Positions 26,450 to 39,436 of a stretch of 64,000 nt of DNA are shown piece by piece. Positions within the stretch are counted from its first letter, which is position 1; every line of letters begins with the position of its first letter. The notes under the pieces were generated by a model. The model did not search any database, was not told where the DNA came from, and worked only from the letters and a program-made list of their open reading frames with translations. The position numbers were made by a program, and so were the translations under genes. The DNA is from Iphione sp. A-MEVVRFRX5 (Eukaryota): assembly GCA_976226885.1 (NCBI GenBank), contig OZ320316.1, positions 76,632,001 to 76,696,000 on the forward strand, written 5' to 3'.

Positions 26450-26689
26450 CTAAGATGAACATTCATCAGAGGGTCCTATGGATGTACATATCGCCTCTCG
26501 CGCATCTAGCTCGCTGAGACCGGATAGCAGAAAGTCCTTGACTAGTGGTAGGACCTTCTTGCGTGAGGCACGGCTGTGGCCTTGTCTATAGGTCCTTAAA
26601 GTCGGCTTATGGTCGGTCGGATGAGTGGCCACTGCCAGGGGATGAAGCTCAAGGCAGGGCGTGCTGGCCCTCTCTAACATATCACAAAC
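26450..26689 (-). CDS. PRUNE: Prune last coding exon of the short (PRUNE1-like) form (human exon 8 equivalent)
   Basis: Acceptor tttgcttgcag|GTT, phase 0. Encodes VCDMLERASTPCLEL...YRQGHSRASRKKVLPLVKDFL (end of DHHA2, SRKKxLP). In-frame TAG at 26450-26452 and no strong internal donor. Confidence 0.85.
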   Translation of the reverse strand, partial: VCDMLERASTPCLELHPLAVATHPTDHKPTLRTYRQGHSRASRKKVLPLVKDFLLSGLSELDAREAICTSIGPSDECSS

Positions 26690-26928
26690 CTGCAAGCAAA
26701 CAAGACAAGGAAATAGGGAGCGGAGGAGTAAAAGGCGATACAAACGGTGCCACCAGAGGAGAGATTCGTGCAAGGTTCTCCCTTGATCTAGTGCTAAACT
26801 ATTAGGGAAGGGTAACATATGATTCCTAAAACGGATGAAGGGAAGGCGGGAGATGGAGTGGGAATGATAGTAGACAATAAAGGAGAGAGACAGAGAAACA
26901 GGGACAAAAAAAGAGCTGGAGAGAGAAG

Positions 26929-27064
26929 NNNNNNNNNNNNNNNNNNNNNNNNNNNNNNNNNNNNNNNNNNNNNNNNNNNNNNNNNNNNNNNNNNNNNNNN
27001 NNNNNNNNNNNNNNNNNNNNNNNNNNNNNNNNNNNNNNNNNNNNNNNNNNNNNNNNNNNNNNNN
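26929..27064. other. Assembly gap in a GA-rich tract, inside prune intron 7
   Basis: Run of N. Confidence 1.
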
Positions 27065-30000
27065 AAAGAGTCAGGGACAGAAAGAGTCAGGGACAGAGAG
27101 GAGAGGATAGGGTAAGGGATGGACAGAGAAGAAGCAAGGGCCGACATGAAGGCCGGCATGTAGAGATAGGAGGTAGCAGACACAGCTAGACAGCGAGGGC
27201 AGCGACTGAGTGAGACAAGACGTGTACTCAAAGATGATCACTCCACATAGTCCAAAGATAGGGCCCAAAGCACTGAATAGCTGAGACTTCATGGCTCGTT
27301 TGTAAGTTTAAACCTGAAATATATCTCTTGCTACAAATATATGGGTTTAGTAAAGGTGCACTAGATGAGGAATTGACAGTATTTTTACTTTTCATTATTT
27401 TTATGCGTCCGTGTGTTTATGCTAACCAGTGTCAGTGTTGAAAAGACAAAAACACTTCGTGGATACGGACCGAACAACCAGGTAAACGTGCTGATTTATG
27501 TCAATGCGAGTCGCCAAATACGTTCTTTTGTAGCTGTAACAAAAACGACGAAATCCGAACTGATTCATATCACTGGTTAGTAATGGAAATATCAGTTTTC
27601 TAAGTAGAGTGGCTAATTATGGACATGAAGCTGGGTGAGAGCAGCTCGAATTTCGTAGGCTGCTATTTTCATACCGTAGGCGGAGTACAAGAAAGGGCAC
27701 CACACTGACAGTCTGTTGGAGAAATAAATTCGTTTCGTCATTCCAAGCTTTCAGCGGGATGAACACTAATTACTGCGTAAAATGCATTATTCTTCTTCAG
27801 CCGAAAAATAATGCAAGATTGCAATGTAAAATGTCGTGCCTCCTAGTTTGTGGCTTAATCAAGCATCATGAGGAGAGCACATCTAGCGATTAAGATAAAA
27901 AAAATAGATAATTAGTAGGACCTAATGGAGAAGATGAGCATAATGAAGGTCTTCATATTGGGGCCTCTGTGCGGCTGATTCCTCTGGTTATAGCCTGACT
28001 TTTAGATCTGCTCCACCGACGCTACATTTTCTTAAAACAATCTTGAAGCGAGTCCCTGCAGCGAGGGCTCAAAATCACGGCGAGATTACGTGGTGGTCAT
28101 ACAAGTCGACAGCCGTCACTAAATAATGATCTGTGTTTTAGTCTGGGCCGCTTCTCAATTACCACAAACTATACAAACTGTAGAGTATATGTACCTACTA
28201 AATACCCTACAAAAAGAAATCTAGTTACGCTTAAAAGGAGTTCAGTGACCGATCTACAGGTGCTTTGTACATATATAGGATCAATCAAAGACGTTGCACC
28301 AACATTAAGGAGGTAGGATTTAAGGACGCATTCAGATTAATGGCTACAGTCTAGCGGGTAGCTGATAGTTCCAGAGTGGAAGGTAAGGTACACTGGATAT
28401 GCTACCATTCACCCGTGACGAGTCCCAGAATAAATAAAACAAATGGTACACATTCACTTTCAGGTCGCAGTCTCGGAGAAGCAATTTTACGTATATATAC
28501 TGACTACAAATAGGCGCTGTCCGTCGACACTAACCCCTTTCCCGGGCGGCTCACCGTCAAAGTGATCCCATTTTACATCCATCACACTAGCAGTGCTTCA
28601 CGAGTGACCAGATAATATCCGGCGATAATATCTCAAGGATGAGGATGATTTCCGTCGCAGAAAGGACGAGCAGCAAAGGGAAACTGACCAGAACGACACT
28701 TTATTGGCATGGGCGAAAGGGCATGGTTCTATGTTCAGTTCACAGGCGTCATAATACCATATGCATGTTGTATTTGGCTTATATTCCGGCGTGTGCGTGT
28801 GGACATGCAGCGGATACGCACTGGCAAAGCCCGTCTGTATAAAGATGGTGCAAAGGTTCCACTGCTTAACAGACGAGAAGCATCCAAAACACAGTTCAAG
28901 AGGTGCTTCTGGAACCATGCATTCAGGTCATACAAATATTCTGAGAGGAGTTGACAGGCAACAAACCCCCCAACTGAATCCTATCCCCCCAGTCAGCGAA
29001 ACCGGACGCACCCATGATGGAGGGGGGGGGGGGGGGGGGCACGACTGCAGTTAGCAGTTGCGATAATTTATGGGAAGTCATCCCACAGGGAGAACTATGC
29101 AGCAAGCCCTGACTGTTATGTCAAGACGGGCTCGTACGAGGGTTTGGTCAGACGCGCTAGCAATGAAGACGATGAAATGTGCTTTAAGAGACTATACGTA
29201 CAGGACACCAAAGGCTTTAGCAGTCATCTCTACATAGAGTGTTGCGACGTAAACTACCCAAGCGACCTGACTGACAGTAGAGGGAAGCCAAATACATGTA
29301 CTAGTCGCAGACATCAATGGAGGGAGCAGACGTAAGATAAATGTGGCGTGTTGAACCCCCCCCCCCCCAACCCCTTACAGGGTTATGGTACCTTTGTGGA
29401 TGATGATACATCTGGAAGACCACAAAGTGAAGGACTGATGGAGAGGATGTGGATACATAGAAAACAGTTACAGTATGAGACGACTCTGCGGCTGTCGGGA
29501 TCGTTCTGTTTCACTCTATCCTCCTGGCCGTGAGAGTCTTGGTTGTACATAAAGATGTCTCTGTCTGCCTGTCTGTCTGTCTGTTTGTCTGTCTCCTCTC
29601 CACACACACACAAACAGAGCACAAATACATCCTGCCCCTACACCAACGCGCACACTCACATTAACTTGCAATTACGTTCTTTCGTTCCTTTTCAGACATT
29701 GACGGCATCATGGATCATTTGGATATATGTACAATAAACTGCGTGTATAATCGACGATTAATATATCTTTCTGCCCTCATCGTTAAATAGTCTACACAGG
29801 TACAAGCGTGGTACTTAACTAAAGCACGATATATAATGAAACTGTCCCCAATTAAGCCTATTAAATCTCGTCAGGATATCACCCAGTCAAACTAAGCGGG
29901 CTTCGTAAGGTTAAGTAACGTTGAACAGATTATACTCTGCATATTCGTGTATACTGTGCGGGGCGCATTATAAAACAGTTAATACCTTCTTCTTGCCTTT

Positions 30001-32707
30001 CTTACACCTTAGCTACAAAGCGATAAACTATAATAAAACCATCGGTGTGACACCTCACAGGTAGTGATACTGTACTCGATATGAAAATGGTATTAACAGT
30101 TACATCCCAATTATGGAGCGAAAGAACTTACATAGCCACCACATACATATAGGCAATTGTTTACCTTACATATCATTAACCGATGATCAAAAACAGATGA
30201 GCAAGTTGCGTTTGTGAACCTGTGGACAATTTATGGGTAACAAACGTGCACCCATCTTAAATGAATTGCTGTAAATACTGGACATGCTGAAAATTAATCT
30301 TTTAGCACTTGCACTGGGGGAGTTTTGTCAGGGAAGAGTGGTCCTTTTACACACAGAAAGTATACCTGTAACTCCTTCCTTCTTATGTCGAGAAGGAATG
30401 GCTACCATCCATGCCCAAATACAAACCAGGCTTTACTGAATACTTGTTACAATCTGTTGGTGAGATTTCGGTCCTTTTTCATAGCATCGTTGTTTCATTT
30501 GAATTAATAAAATAAATAATGTACCTTTTTTATATACACATCAGTACAAGATACTTAAAGTAAGGGCAACTACTTCCCACGATCAAACGTCTCATGGGTT
30601 TTCAGCAAGGCAACATGAATAAGCTTGTTGGGTTAATATTTCCCAATATAGACATACATGTAGTTTCATTACGTTTAATTAATGAGCTATTACAACTGTT
30701 TTTTGTTTTTGTTTGTTGTTTTTTTTTAAATTATCAACAACGCAATTCCTTTCTTAGACAACTTTCCAATGATGAGGTCTTTCTGACACTCAGGACAAAT
30801 TGTCATGAGAGGCACATCCATTGGAGAACTGAATACATGATGATCTCTAACATTCCAATTACGAGGCCGATTTGATAGTTCAGAGCCATAGAAAAATACA
30901 AAATATATATCACACCGATGGGTACACATCGTCTTATCTGGACCAAGTTCAACTCGTACGGTGTGGTGAGAACGGCTGAAAGGATAAAGACTCGAACTAA
31001 CTGTGCAAAGCTCGGCACGACTGTCAGATGTGTCCTACAGGGAATCATCTATCGTCAAACGACCCAACCGCAGGCACGTCTTCTGATTGAGGGTAATCAT
31101 TCTGTGCAGCTAGCAAATATCACATTGGAGAGTCTTGATGAAGTGCTCCAGGGGCAAGCGAAACCATCAGTTGTAAACTATCGCTGAAGAGTCACTGATC
31201 TTTAATATAACACCTGTGTTAACAATATAACTTATACTTATGAGATATGATATTGGGCACAGGCTCTTCTGAAAACCAGCCACATGGCTGATGTCGGCGT
31301 TTGCATGAAACTGCTATAAAATAAAATGCAAATTTGGAGATCAGGACTGGTGTAAGCATGGACCAGTGGGCACCAGTTCAATTTTGTGTCAAAACTCCCT
31401 GTCAGTTAGCAAGTAAAACATAGTGGGAATAAACACTTTCAAAAGTTAGGCCACCGCATGTTACGATGACAAGGGAGACTTTTTTCCAGGACTGGAATTA
31501 ATGGCAATCAGCCTGATTGAAGATAACGGGCTTTGCTCAGTTTTGAGCTCGGCCTTTCTCCAGACCGATACTGCAAGCTTCACCGTTTCACACGTTTAAA
31601 TGTACTAAATTTCCTCACTTATGTTAATGTTCATGTGTTCATGTGATAAAGTGCCTGTGCATGCCAGTACGGCCGGGAGCTAACACCTCTTCCCACCTAC
31701 CTACCTCTTCCCTATCCTACCCTAAGTGTACTTTCTCTACCAGATCCTTGTTTCCTGACAGCACTTCCTGCCTATAATCCTCGCAAGTCCGTGAAACTAC
31801 ACATGATGATTTCCCTGCTCAAACGGTATTTTGTGATTTCCAGAACAGGATAACTTGTAGGCGGGGAAGGAAATTCGGTGTGGAAATGTTAAATTAACGG
31901 CCTCTAAGCTACTCTCATCAGTTTTTTTTTCAAAGAGAAAGAATTGGGCAAAAAACTGTCTATGCAGAAAGCCAACGTGATATACTTTCTGTTTTGTTTC
32001 ATCAACAGGAGATTACGGATCTGCATATTTATGTCAGATGAAAATTTCTCGAAAGAACCTGACGGATTAATATAACGTTTCCGTGGATTTATGTCCTTAC
32101 TATACATGGCGAAGTCGGGTTTAAACTGCTGGGGACGTCTAAGTAAACTTTTATATTACATTTATGTATACATAATTGTATATATATGGGTGAAACGGGG
32201 CTATGTTCTCTCCCATGAAGTGCAACCAGGTACTTGTATAAATATATACTTGTAGACATACATGACATTTCGTGCCGACTCTGAAAATTTAATTACTGGA
32301 TGTCGTCCCAATACATACATGTATTACATATTCTAATGGAAGTTGTAGGGAAGTAGTCGGGAAACCTATCTTCCGGCATGCCACCATGCCTGCGGCCACC
32401 TGCTCTACTAGCTTGTATTCTAAAGCAACAGTGATCCGACTGTGTGCCGACTGCTCATTGGGCTAATTGGTTGCAACACCACATGATGGTTTCTGGTGGA
32501 GATGGACTCACTGCTGTGGCTTTTAGGTTATAGCATAGGGCTGTTTTATTAATAGCTCCGGGAAAGAGAGCGAAGTATTACAGTAGTATCTCACCGTGCA
32601 ATATATGTGCGAGAAAGCCACCTGTTGGTGAGCATGCAACCATGTTTTGTTTGTGTGCGTATGTGCGTGAAGTTACCTCTGAAGGTTGAGCGAGTGAGTC
32701 GCACAGA

Positions 32708-32718
32708 AAGATAGATAT

Positions 32719-32751
<33 letters not shown>

Positions 32752-32754
32752 TAG

Positions 32755-32788
<34 letters not shown>
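32708..32788. repeat. Compound (TAGA)n(CAGA)n(GA)n microsatellite
   Basis: Direct inspection. Confidence 0.95.
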
Positions 32789-34096
32789 TGAGTCACAAAC
32801 CAAAAAATGAAATGGAGCATAAAAGGAAGAATGATATATGAAGAGAGAACTAATGGGAAAATTGAAAGAGCTAACAAGACAAGAGTGTTAGATGTACAGT
32901 GTAGTGCTGTCCTCCTCGATATGAATAATGAACGTGGCTGATATCAATACGTAATCACCCTCTAGATACGTTAGAAACGTCAATAACATGGAGCCCAGAG
33001 TTTGCCATCTTTCAGGCATCTACAAGTTACCAATGCCACTTACCGTGCTCATGCAGAGAACCAATCACAGCAGGTCAATGACTGAAACCACGGAAATTAG
33101 CATCGTAAGACAGGTGAGCATCTATGGCCGAGGGCTAAAGATGACGTCTTGGAAGCTATCAGATGGGCACAACCTGGAGTGGGTTGGGCCCGGCATGCTC
33201 GCCTCTATAGTACCGCGAGTAATCTAGTAAGGAAACGCTCTCTCGCACAGATGGTGTAGGTTTTGTGGAAGCCAGAGATCCCCAGAGTTTCCACCTTAAA
33301 AATGCAGCTTCTCTCGACCTTAATCTCCCTGCTTGGAGAGAGTTGCTCGCAATATTCCCGCCTAATGGTTAAGAGCTGCGGCCATCAGGGCTATGAGCAA
33401 CTCGCAGTTGTCACAACGTTCTCCCGCTGAAGCTGCACCTTGTCAAGCACTGCCAGTACCGTCGCCTCTGTGACGTCGTCACGGTAGTAGGGAGACTGAC
33501 CGCCGCAACCTGTGCGTGTGTGCGACGACGACAACGACGCTCCGCCGAGTGGCAGCGACGGGTCGCCACCCAGTGACCACCTGAATCCCAACCCACAAGC
33601 CCGTCCGCTATGCGACGCGCAACTGCACGCCACGGTTCCCGGGCAGGTCATTATCTCCGGCGGCACCAATAAGGAGTGGGATCCTAATGAGCGCCTCATT
33701 AACCCGAAAGGTTAACCTGGAAAAAGGCACCCGGGATCAGGAAGAGATGCCCGTGGAAATGGCGGTATTCGCCCGCTGATTGGGGCCACTTAAGCCAGTA
33801 TTAATAACGGCACTCACAAGATAAAATGGGCAGCAAACAGGCGACTACACACGGGCCAATGCTGGTCTGCAGCAGGTGAAAGCATGGGTGACAATCTGCT
33901 TGGCAAGCGATTCACCGGGTAGTGAGTACTAGACAAACTTGCTGCTCCCCCGATCAACCACGTGTAAAGGGCAGGGTCACTGCCTGTTTTTTGTATTTTC
34001 TTTCTTTCTTTTTTTTACTTAATTACAACAAAGTGGCATCTAACTGCACATAGGAATGTATAGTATGACTGTTTAATTCAACAAAGCTCACAACAA

Positions 34097-34138
<42 letters not shown>
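34097..34138. repeat. (CA)n(TA)n microsatellite
   Basis: Direct inspection. Confidence 0.95.
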
Positions 34139-34142
<4 letters not shown>

Positions 34143-34941
34143 ATGTGTTGTTCGCCACGAAAGACACGGATCTACATGTATATAGCAGATGCACGTACTA
34201 TGTAACCTGCTCTATGTGGAGATACCGACGTGAGAGGACAGAAAAACCATTCTCGAAGCAGGTATCGAGCGACTCATAGTTCCCCCTCCTTATATATATG
34301 TACATGTATTTGTTGGGCTTCGTTTGAGGTGATTAGGGTAAAGTGAATCTTAATTAATATCAAGTTCAAGGTGATTATAAATGTACGTGTAGACACCCTT
34401 ACACCACTTCAAGCCAGTGATTTAATACACTCTATACTTACTGCTTTGAATCGCAACAGTCAAGACGAGGCCCACCCACGCCTCACATTTTGCTAAATAC
34501 TGCTTGCAGAAGATATCCATGTAAAGCAATCCGCAAGGATTTCATAGAGCGCTTTCAGTAAAGGAAGAAACCGTGGGTGGATACAGTGTTATCCTACATA
34601 ACCTGGCTGTCAGTACTCTGCAGTTCTTATGTTGGCAGGCGCCTGCTTGCTGCCGGAGGGTTCTCCTGCTTAACTGCCTTATGACAGTCAAATTCATAGC
34701 AGATGGAAAATGGATGGGAAAATTTGGCCAATTACAACTTCTTACACCTTACTGATCAATATTTCCACCAGCAGAACAAAATTAAGAGCACGTCAAAAAG
34801 ATATAAAAATATGATAAAAATGATTATGATTTTATCTTCTATATTTCTACATTCGCTCTGTCAGAGGATAGATGTTGAATAAGACATCTTCTTAGGTACA
34901 TTGGGAACGAATATATTATCCGTTTTTCATCACAGATGCAC

Positions 34942-34943
<2 letters not shown>

Positions 34944-34993
<50 letters not shown>

Positions 34994-35010
34994 GACAGAC
35001 AGACAGATAG
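34944..35010. repeat. (GA)n plus (GACA)n microsatellite
   Basis: Direct inspection. Confidence 0.95.
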
Positions 35011-36466
35011 ACACACATACAGACAGATACAGCAGACAGAGACAGGTAGAGGTATTAAGGAAGATAATGGAAGAGACGGTTTCCCCGAGCAAATGCTTGA
35101 GGTTTTAGCTGATATGAAGTAACATCACATCATAGACCACTCCACTGGTTGCTTGAGAGGCAATCCAAGTTGGAATCAAATCAGAACATAATGTTCATCA
35201 TAAGAGATCATCCTATGGCATAGCCTGCGACCCGCCCCCGCCGACCCCCCTCTTCCCTCCTTTCTTTGTATAGCTGTAAAAGACTCCATGGTAGGGCATA
35301 CAACCACCACCACACGCTCCTGCAGGATTTGCTTTATCTACCTGGAGGAAACAGAAGTCGCATGGTTGGATTGGTGTGCATGGCGACTGATATCAAGATC
35401 ATGACCAGCGAAGCCGCTTTATGGGCTTTTTTTAATGGGAACACACAATATAACCACCACATCCTTCGTGGTGACAAAGGTGCTAAGAGTGACTACAGCC
35501 TTGATGGAATAAACAATGGTGCAGTTATTTAGCTGGCATCAAGCATCGGGGATTAGGAAGGACGAAGGGGATCTGTTGTGATGGAACTTCTGGTGTCAAG
35601 GGTATTTAGGGATGCGGGTTTGCGAAGCCTCTGGGGTAAGCGCGACTGATATGTTCAAGCTGCTTACGGCAAGTTATTGTCTAGGGCGATTTATCTGTAA
35701 AGCAACTCGTTGCTGTGGTACCCGCGTCTCAATCAATGTCGTCTGCTACTCACTGTACCACCGATCAGGAGCTAGAGGCACTACAGGCCCGCATGTTGCG
35801 TAACTCCGAGTAGTAGAGCTCCAGGTAGAAACATGTGGGATGGACAATTACACGCAAGGTCGCTCACGGAGATATCTGTGACACCAACCCATTCCGGTAG
35901 AAAGCTCAGCATGGAGCTTCGCAAAGCTGCCTCTTCGGTATGCCTACTATAAATGCATGTCATCATCGAAGTTCATTATAAAGTCGCCTTTCTCATCGTT
36001 GTATGAAATATGCTACCTTGCTGCTGAGAAATTGTATTGCAATGGTCAACTGAGCTGGTGCAAGTTACTCACTTTAATGTATGCAAGTCAGTGATCTAGC
36101 CAATTGGCACATTGAGGTAACAGAACCTCCACTGCCCTGGGGCATCAAGAAACAGATATATATCCCTGGCAGCCAAAGGCCTTAAAATTAGCAGTTGTAG
36201 CCGATTGTTCCTGCGGCTTCTACCTAAGTAGCAGCTACAATTTTCGTGATTTAGAACATACTGCTTTAACTTTGCAGTATCGTTAAATTTTATGATATAC
36301 ATTTACATAATATCTTTAACATTCTGAAGATGATATAGCAACATTAAATGTCTTTAGTACAACACATTTTTAAAGCTATCTATTAACTATATCATCTAAA
36401 TATTAGGTGATCGCGGTAACCCGAATGCTTTTAGTATTTAGGATTAATAAATTAAGAACGGCAAAA

Positions 36467-36537
36467 ATCTCTCTCTCTGTCTCTGTTTCTCTCTCCCTCT
36501 CTGTCTCTGTCTCTCTCTCTGTCTCTCTCTCTCTCTG
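36467..36537. repeat. Interrupted (CT)n microsatellite
   Basis: Direct inspection. Confidence 0.9.
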
Positions 36538-37217
36538 CACGCACACATGCACACGTACACATGGAAAGCACCTGTTCAGAGAGTCTCCTTTATACCTTTA
36601 GACCTTTACAAATTAGATTCTTTCAAGCAGCGCGTCATGTTCAACCAAACCAGAAGTTGAAGTTTTCATGTACTATGCATGTCGGAACCGACCCAATGCA
36701 ACTGAACAATCAAAATCCCCCAAAAAACAAAAAAATATTCCTTAAATATCATATGAAATCTTTCATACATCATTACTTATTTTGAGATCTTGCAAGATTA
36801 GATTATAAGTACCTATTGATCTGAAAGTATGATACAAATCGAGTAGACGTTCTGTTGGCGAGCACTACTGGTTGAGATTAGCGAAAAAGAAATCATTCCA
36901 GCATGATGTACAGTTTAGAGGTTAGTCCAAACCTAGAAGCCATAAGAACCTATTGGTGAAAACTGTTCTACTCATCACCTTTACAGATCTATTTCCACAG
37001 GTGCATCCATTGTGGTATTCCCGTTAGAATGAACAGTCTTCAAAGAGAAACTAAGACTAACCATATAAAAGTGTTCCTTATTAAGCATTTCATAACTCGA
37101 ACATAATTTGCACTATCAACAAGAGAACACTTTACACACTATGATCTCTTAACTGGGAACAACGTGGTTCTGTTAACCTAACTTGTCACGAAAAATCGTT
37201 TGAAAATTAAAACTGAC

Positions 37218-37376
37218 CCGTTCTCTGAGCGCATCCCTCTCGGAGTAAACTCCTATCTGTCGATGTGGTTTGCCTTCGCTGTCCAGCGTCAGCGACATGA
37301 TTATAACTGCTGGTGCCATCTGTTGGCTTGCAAATGAACTAAGTGAGTTCAGCACGTCGTCACGTTTGGCAAATTC
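37218..37376 (-). CDS. PRUNE: Prune coding exon (human exon 7 equivalent)
   Basis: Acceptor atttcctag|GAA and donor CGG|GTCAGT; 159 nt, phase 0 to 0. Encodes EFAKRDDVLNSL...EGKPHRQIGVYSERDALRER. Confidence 0.9.
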
Positions 37377-37688
37377 CTAGGAAATAACATGTTAGCACCT
37401 TTTAGAGTTGTTGCAAGCTGTAATAATAAACTGGTTTCTCTATAATCATCAGTGTACATTATTATGCATGTCTAATATCAAATTGCCACCACCCATCTCA
37501 TTCTAAGAAAACCCAACAGAAAGAAAGACGCAGCAAAAAGTACACTGGGTTTGCTTTTTCTTAATAAAAGAAAACTATGTATTATCGCTTTCCTGTTACC
37601 AGAGCCGTTTTATTTTCTGTTGATAGCAGTGACAGAGAAGTGTGACGACATTAAGGCGATGCATATTTAATAAAATGGTAAAACTTGC

Positions 37689-37783
37689 CTCTACATCTTG
37701 CCGAATGGAACTGAAAACCACCTTTACGTCTTGAGACGCCAGTGTTTTCATGTCTTTTCGTAACATCTCCATGGTGGTGAAAC
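37689..37783 (-). CDS. PRUNE: Prune coding exon (human exon 6 equivalent), GC donor
   Basis: Acceptor catatccag|GT and donor GAG|GCAAGT; 95 nt, phase 1 to 0. Encodes FTTMEMLRKDMKTLASQDVKVVFSSIRQDVE (DHHA2 MLRKDxK motif). Too short for the ORF track. Confidence 0.9.
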
Positions 37784-38222
37784 CTGGATATGAAATGTTA
37801 ATCTAGCTTATATGTTACATAAATGCCCCCCTAAACAAAGGGGAATGCGTCAAACAGTTCAAATCCAAACATTCAAGTAATAGTCGAGATTACTTAATAC
37901 ATTTTGGAACACGTATCGAAAAGTTTACAACTGGAAGGCACACAACAACACATATCAAACTACTAGCCAAAATAAAAGCTCGATTGCTAAATATTGCCAG
38001 TGACTCCACTATGTTCAACTTGAAGAAGGTTGAAACCTGAAACGCTCCATGTCATACCAACACGGTGCGTGTACATGTACTCCGCACATTTTCAGAAAGA
38101 CTTCATCTGGAAATGATGCGGTCGCTCTGCTTTTCTCTACAAGGTTTTACCGTAAATGGTTAAACTGACCGAGTACATCTATATATACAAATATGAAGGA
38201 TAGACTAGAGAAGATGGCCGAC

Positions 38223-38384
38223 CTGAAATGTCTATCTTGGCTTTATTCAGGTCGGCGTACACCTGGTCCCGGGGTGGCGCTCCCTCGGCGCGTAACTTAG
38301 TTAGCTTATCAATAATGTCAACGTCTTTGGCCGTCATTGTGCCACCATCCTCGGACAGGTTGAACGTATCCAGGACCACCGTGC
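38223..38384 (-). CDS. PRUNE: Prune coding exon (human exon 5 equivalent)
   Basis: Acceptor ccttacag|GC and donor TCAG|GTCGGC; 162 nt, phase 1 to 1. Encodes (G)TVVLDTFNLS...TAKDVDIIDKL...LNKAKIDISG. Confidence 0.93.
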
Positions 38385-39267
38385 CTGTAAGGACAGACAA
38401 CGAAATCAACGAGGGCGTGTACTGAGTACTGACATCGAGCTCCTGGACCCACACGTATACACCGTGTGCAATGTATACATGTATCCAGCTTATAATAACA
38501 CAAGTGCAGTGTACAACACGTGGAGAGGGACAATGGCATGTAAAATATTAGTGACACATCTATTAGTTATTGACAGTGCCTACTGACTGCATTGGGGCCA
38601 TGCACCTTCTCGCGGACGAACCCCGACTACTTTCTCCCGCAATGGGAAAAAGCCGACAAAATATCTGCGGTCTAAAATTTCCAGGAAGGCTCCTACTGAT
38701 AAAAGCACTCAGAACCAACTTTTAATTTCTGAGCAATAAATATAATCTAGTTCACACATTCCATAGGTATTTCCATCTAGATTTCTATGTTACCGTGCTG
38801 AAAATGTCTTTTTTTTTAACCCAAAGGGCATATAACCCCTAATCTAGACATTACAAATGAATTTTGCATCATTTGCATAATCACTCAAAGTAAATATGGC
38901 CAGAAAATAAATTTATAGTCACTTAAATGGACGATAAGATGTATGACGGCTGGTGAGCCTGGAAGGGCGAAACCCTGATAAGCCCCAAAAGAATATTATT
39001 CAGACTATAAAATGTAGGAACTATTTCCCACTCAAAGATACCCCATGCACAGAATTTTGACAATTTGTAGGAACTACTTTCTGTCAACAAATCTGGGAAG
39101 GGAGTGGCAATAGCAACATAACAAGAGGCATGACCACATTCTTTTAGTCACTTCAGGGTAGCATCCTTGGTCCAGTGGTTGTGTCTATAACGTTTTCTCG
39201 TTCCTGTTCCATTAGTACCGAACATTATGGCAGTTTAGACATACAACCGCAAGCCAGGAAAGGACGG

Positions 39268-39269
<2 letters not shown>

Positions 39270-39320
<51 letters not shown>
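39270..39320. repeat. (TA)n(GT)n microsatellite abutting a prune splice donor
   Basis: Direct inspection; it starts 6 nt into the intron. Confidence 0.95.
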
Positions 39321-39326
39321 ACGAAC

Positions 39327-39436
39327 CATATAGCAATTCTGCAACCTGGTGATCGATGTCGAACTGGGCGTCATTGATAAGTTTTTCGGCTACCAGAGTG
39401 CAGCAGGATCCAACAAGCTCTATCGTCTGCGACTTC
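39327..39436 (-). CDS. PRUNE: Prune coding exon (rest of human exon 4 equivalent)
   Basis: Acceptor ttgttgcag|G and donor G|GTTCGT; 110 nt, phase 2 to 1. Encodes TIELVGSCCTLVAEKL...VAELLYG (prune VGSCxTL motif). Confidence 0.93.

Noticed and set aside
26450-26560. Internal splice donor linking prune exon 8 to the large exon
   Set aside because: The available GT and GC sites (G|GTCTCA, T|GTACAT, G|GTCCTA, G|GCGATA) are poor matches to the consensus.
29022-29040. Poly-G/C runs (also near 416, 16031 and 29356) as G-quadruplex elements
   Set aside because: Simple homopolymers, common and error-prone in assemblies, with no contextual support.
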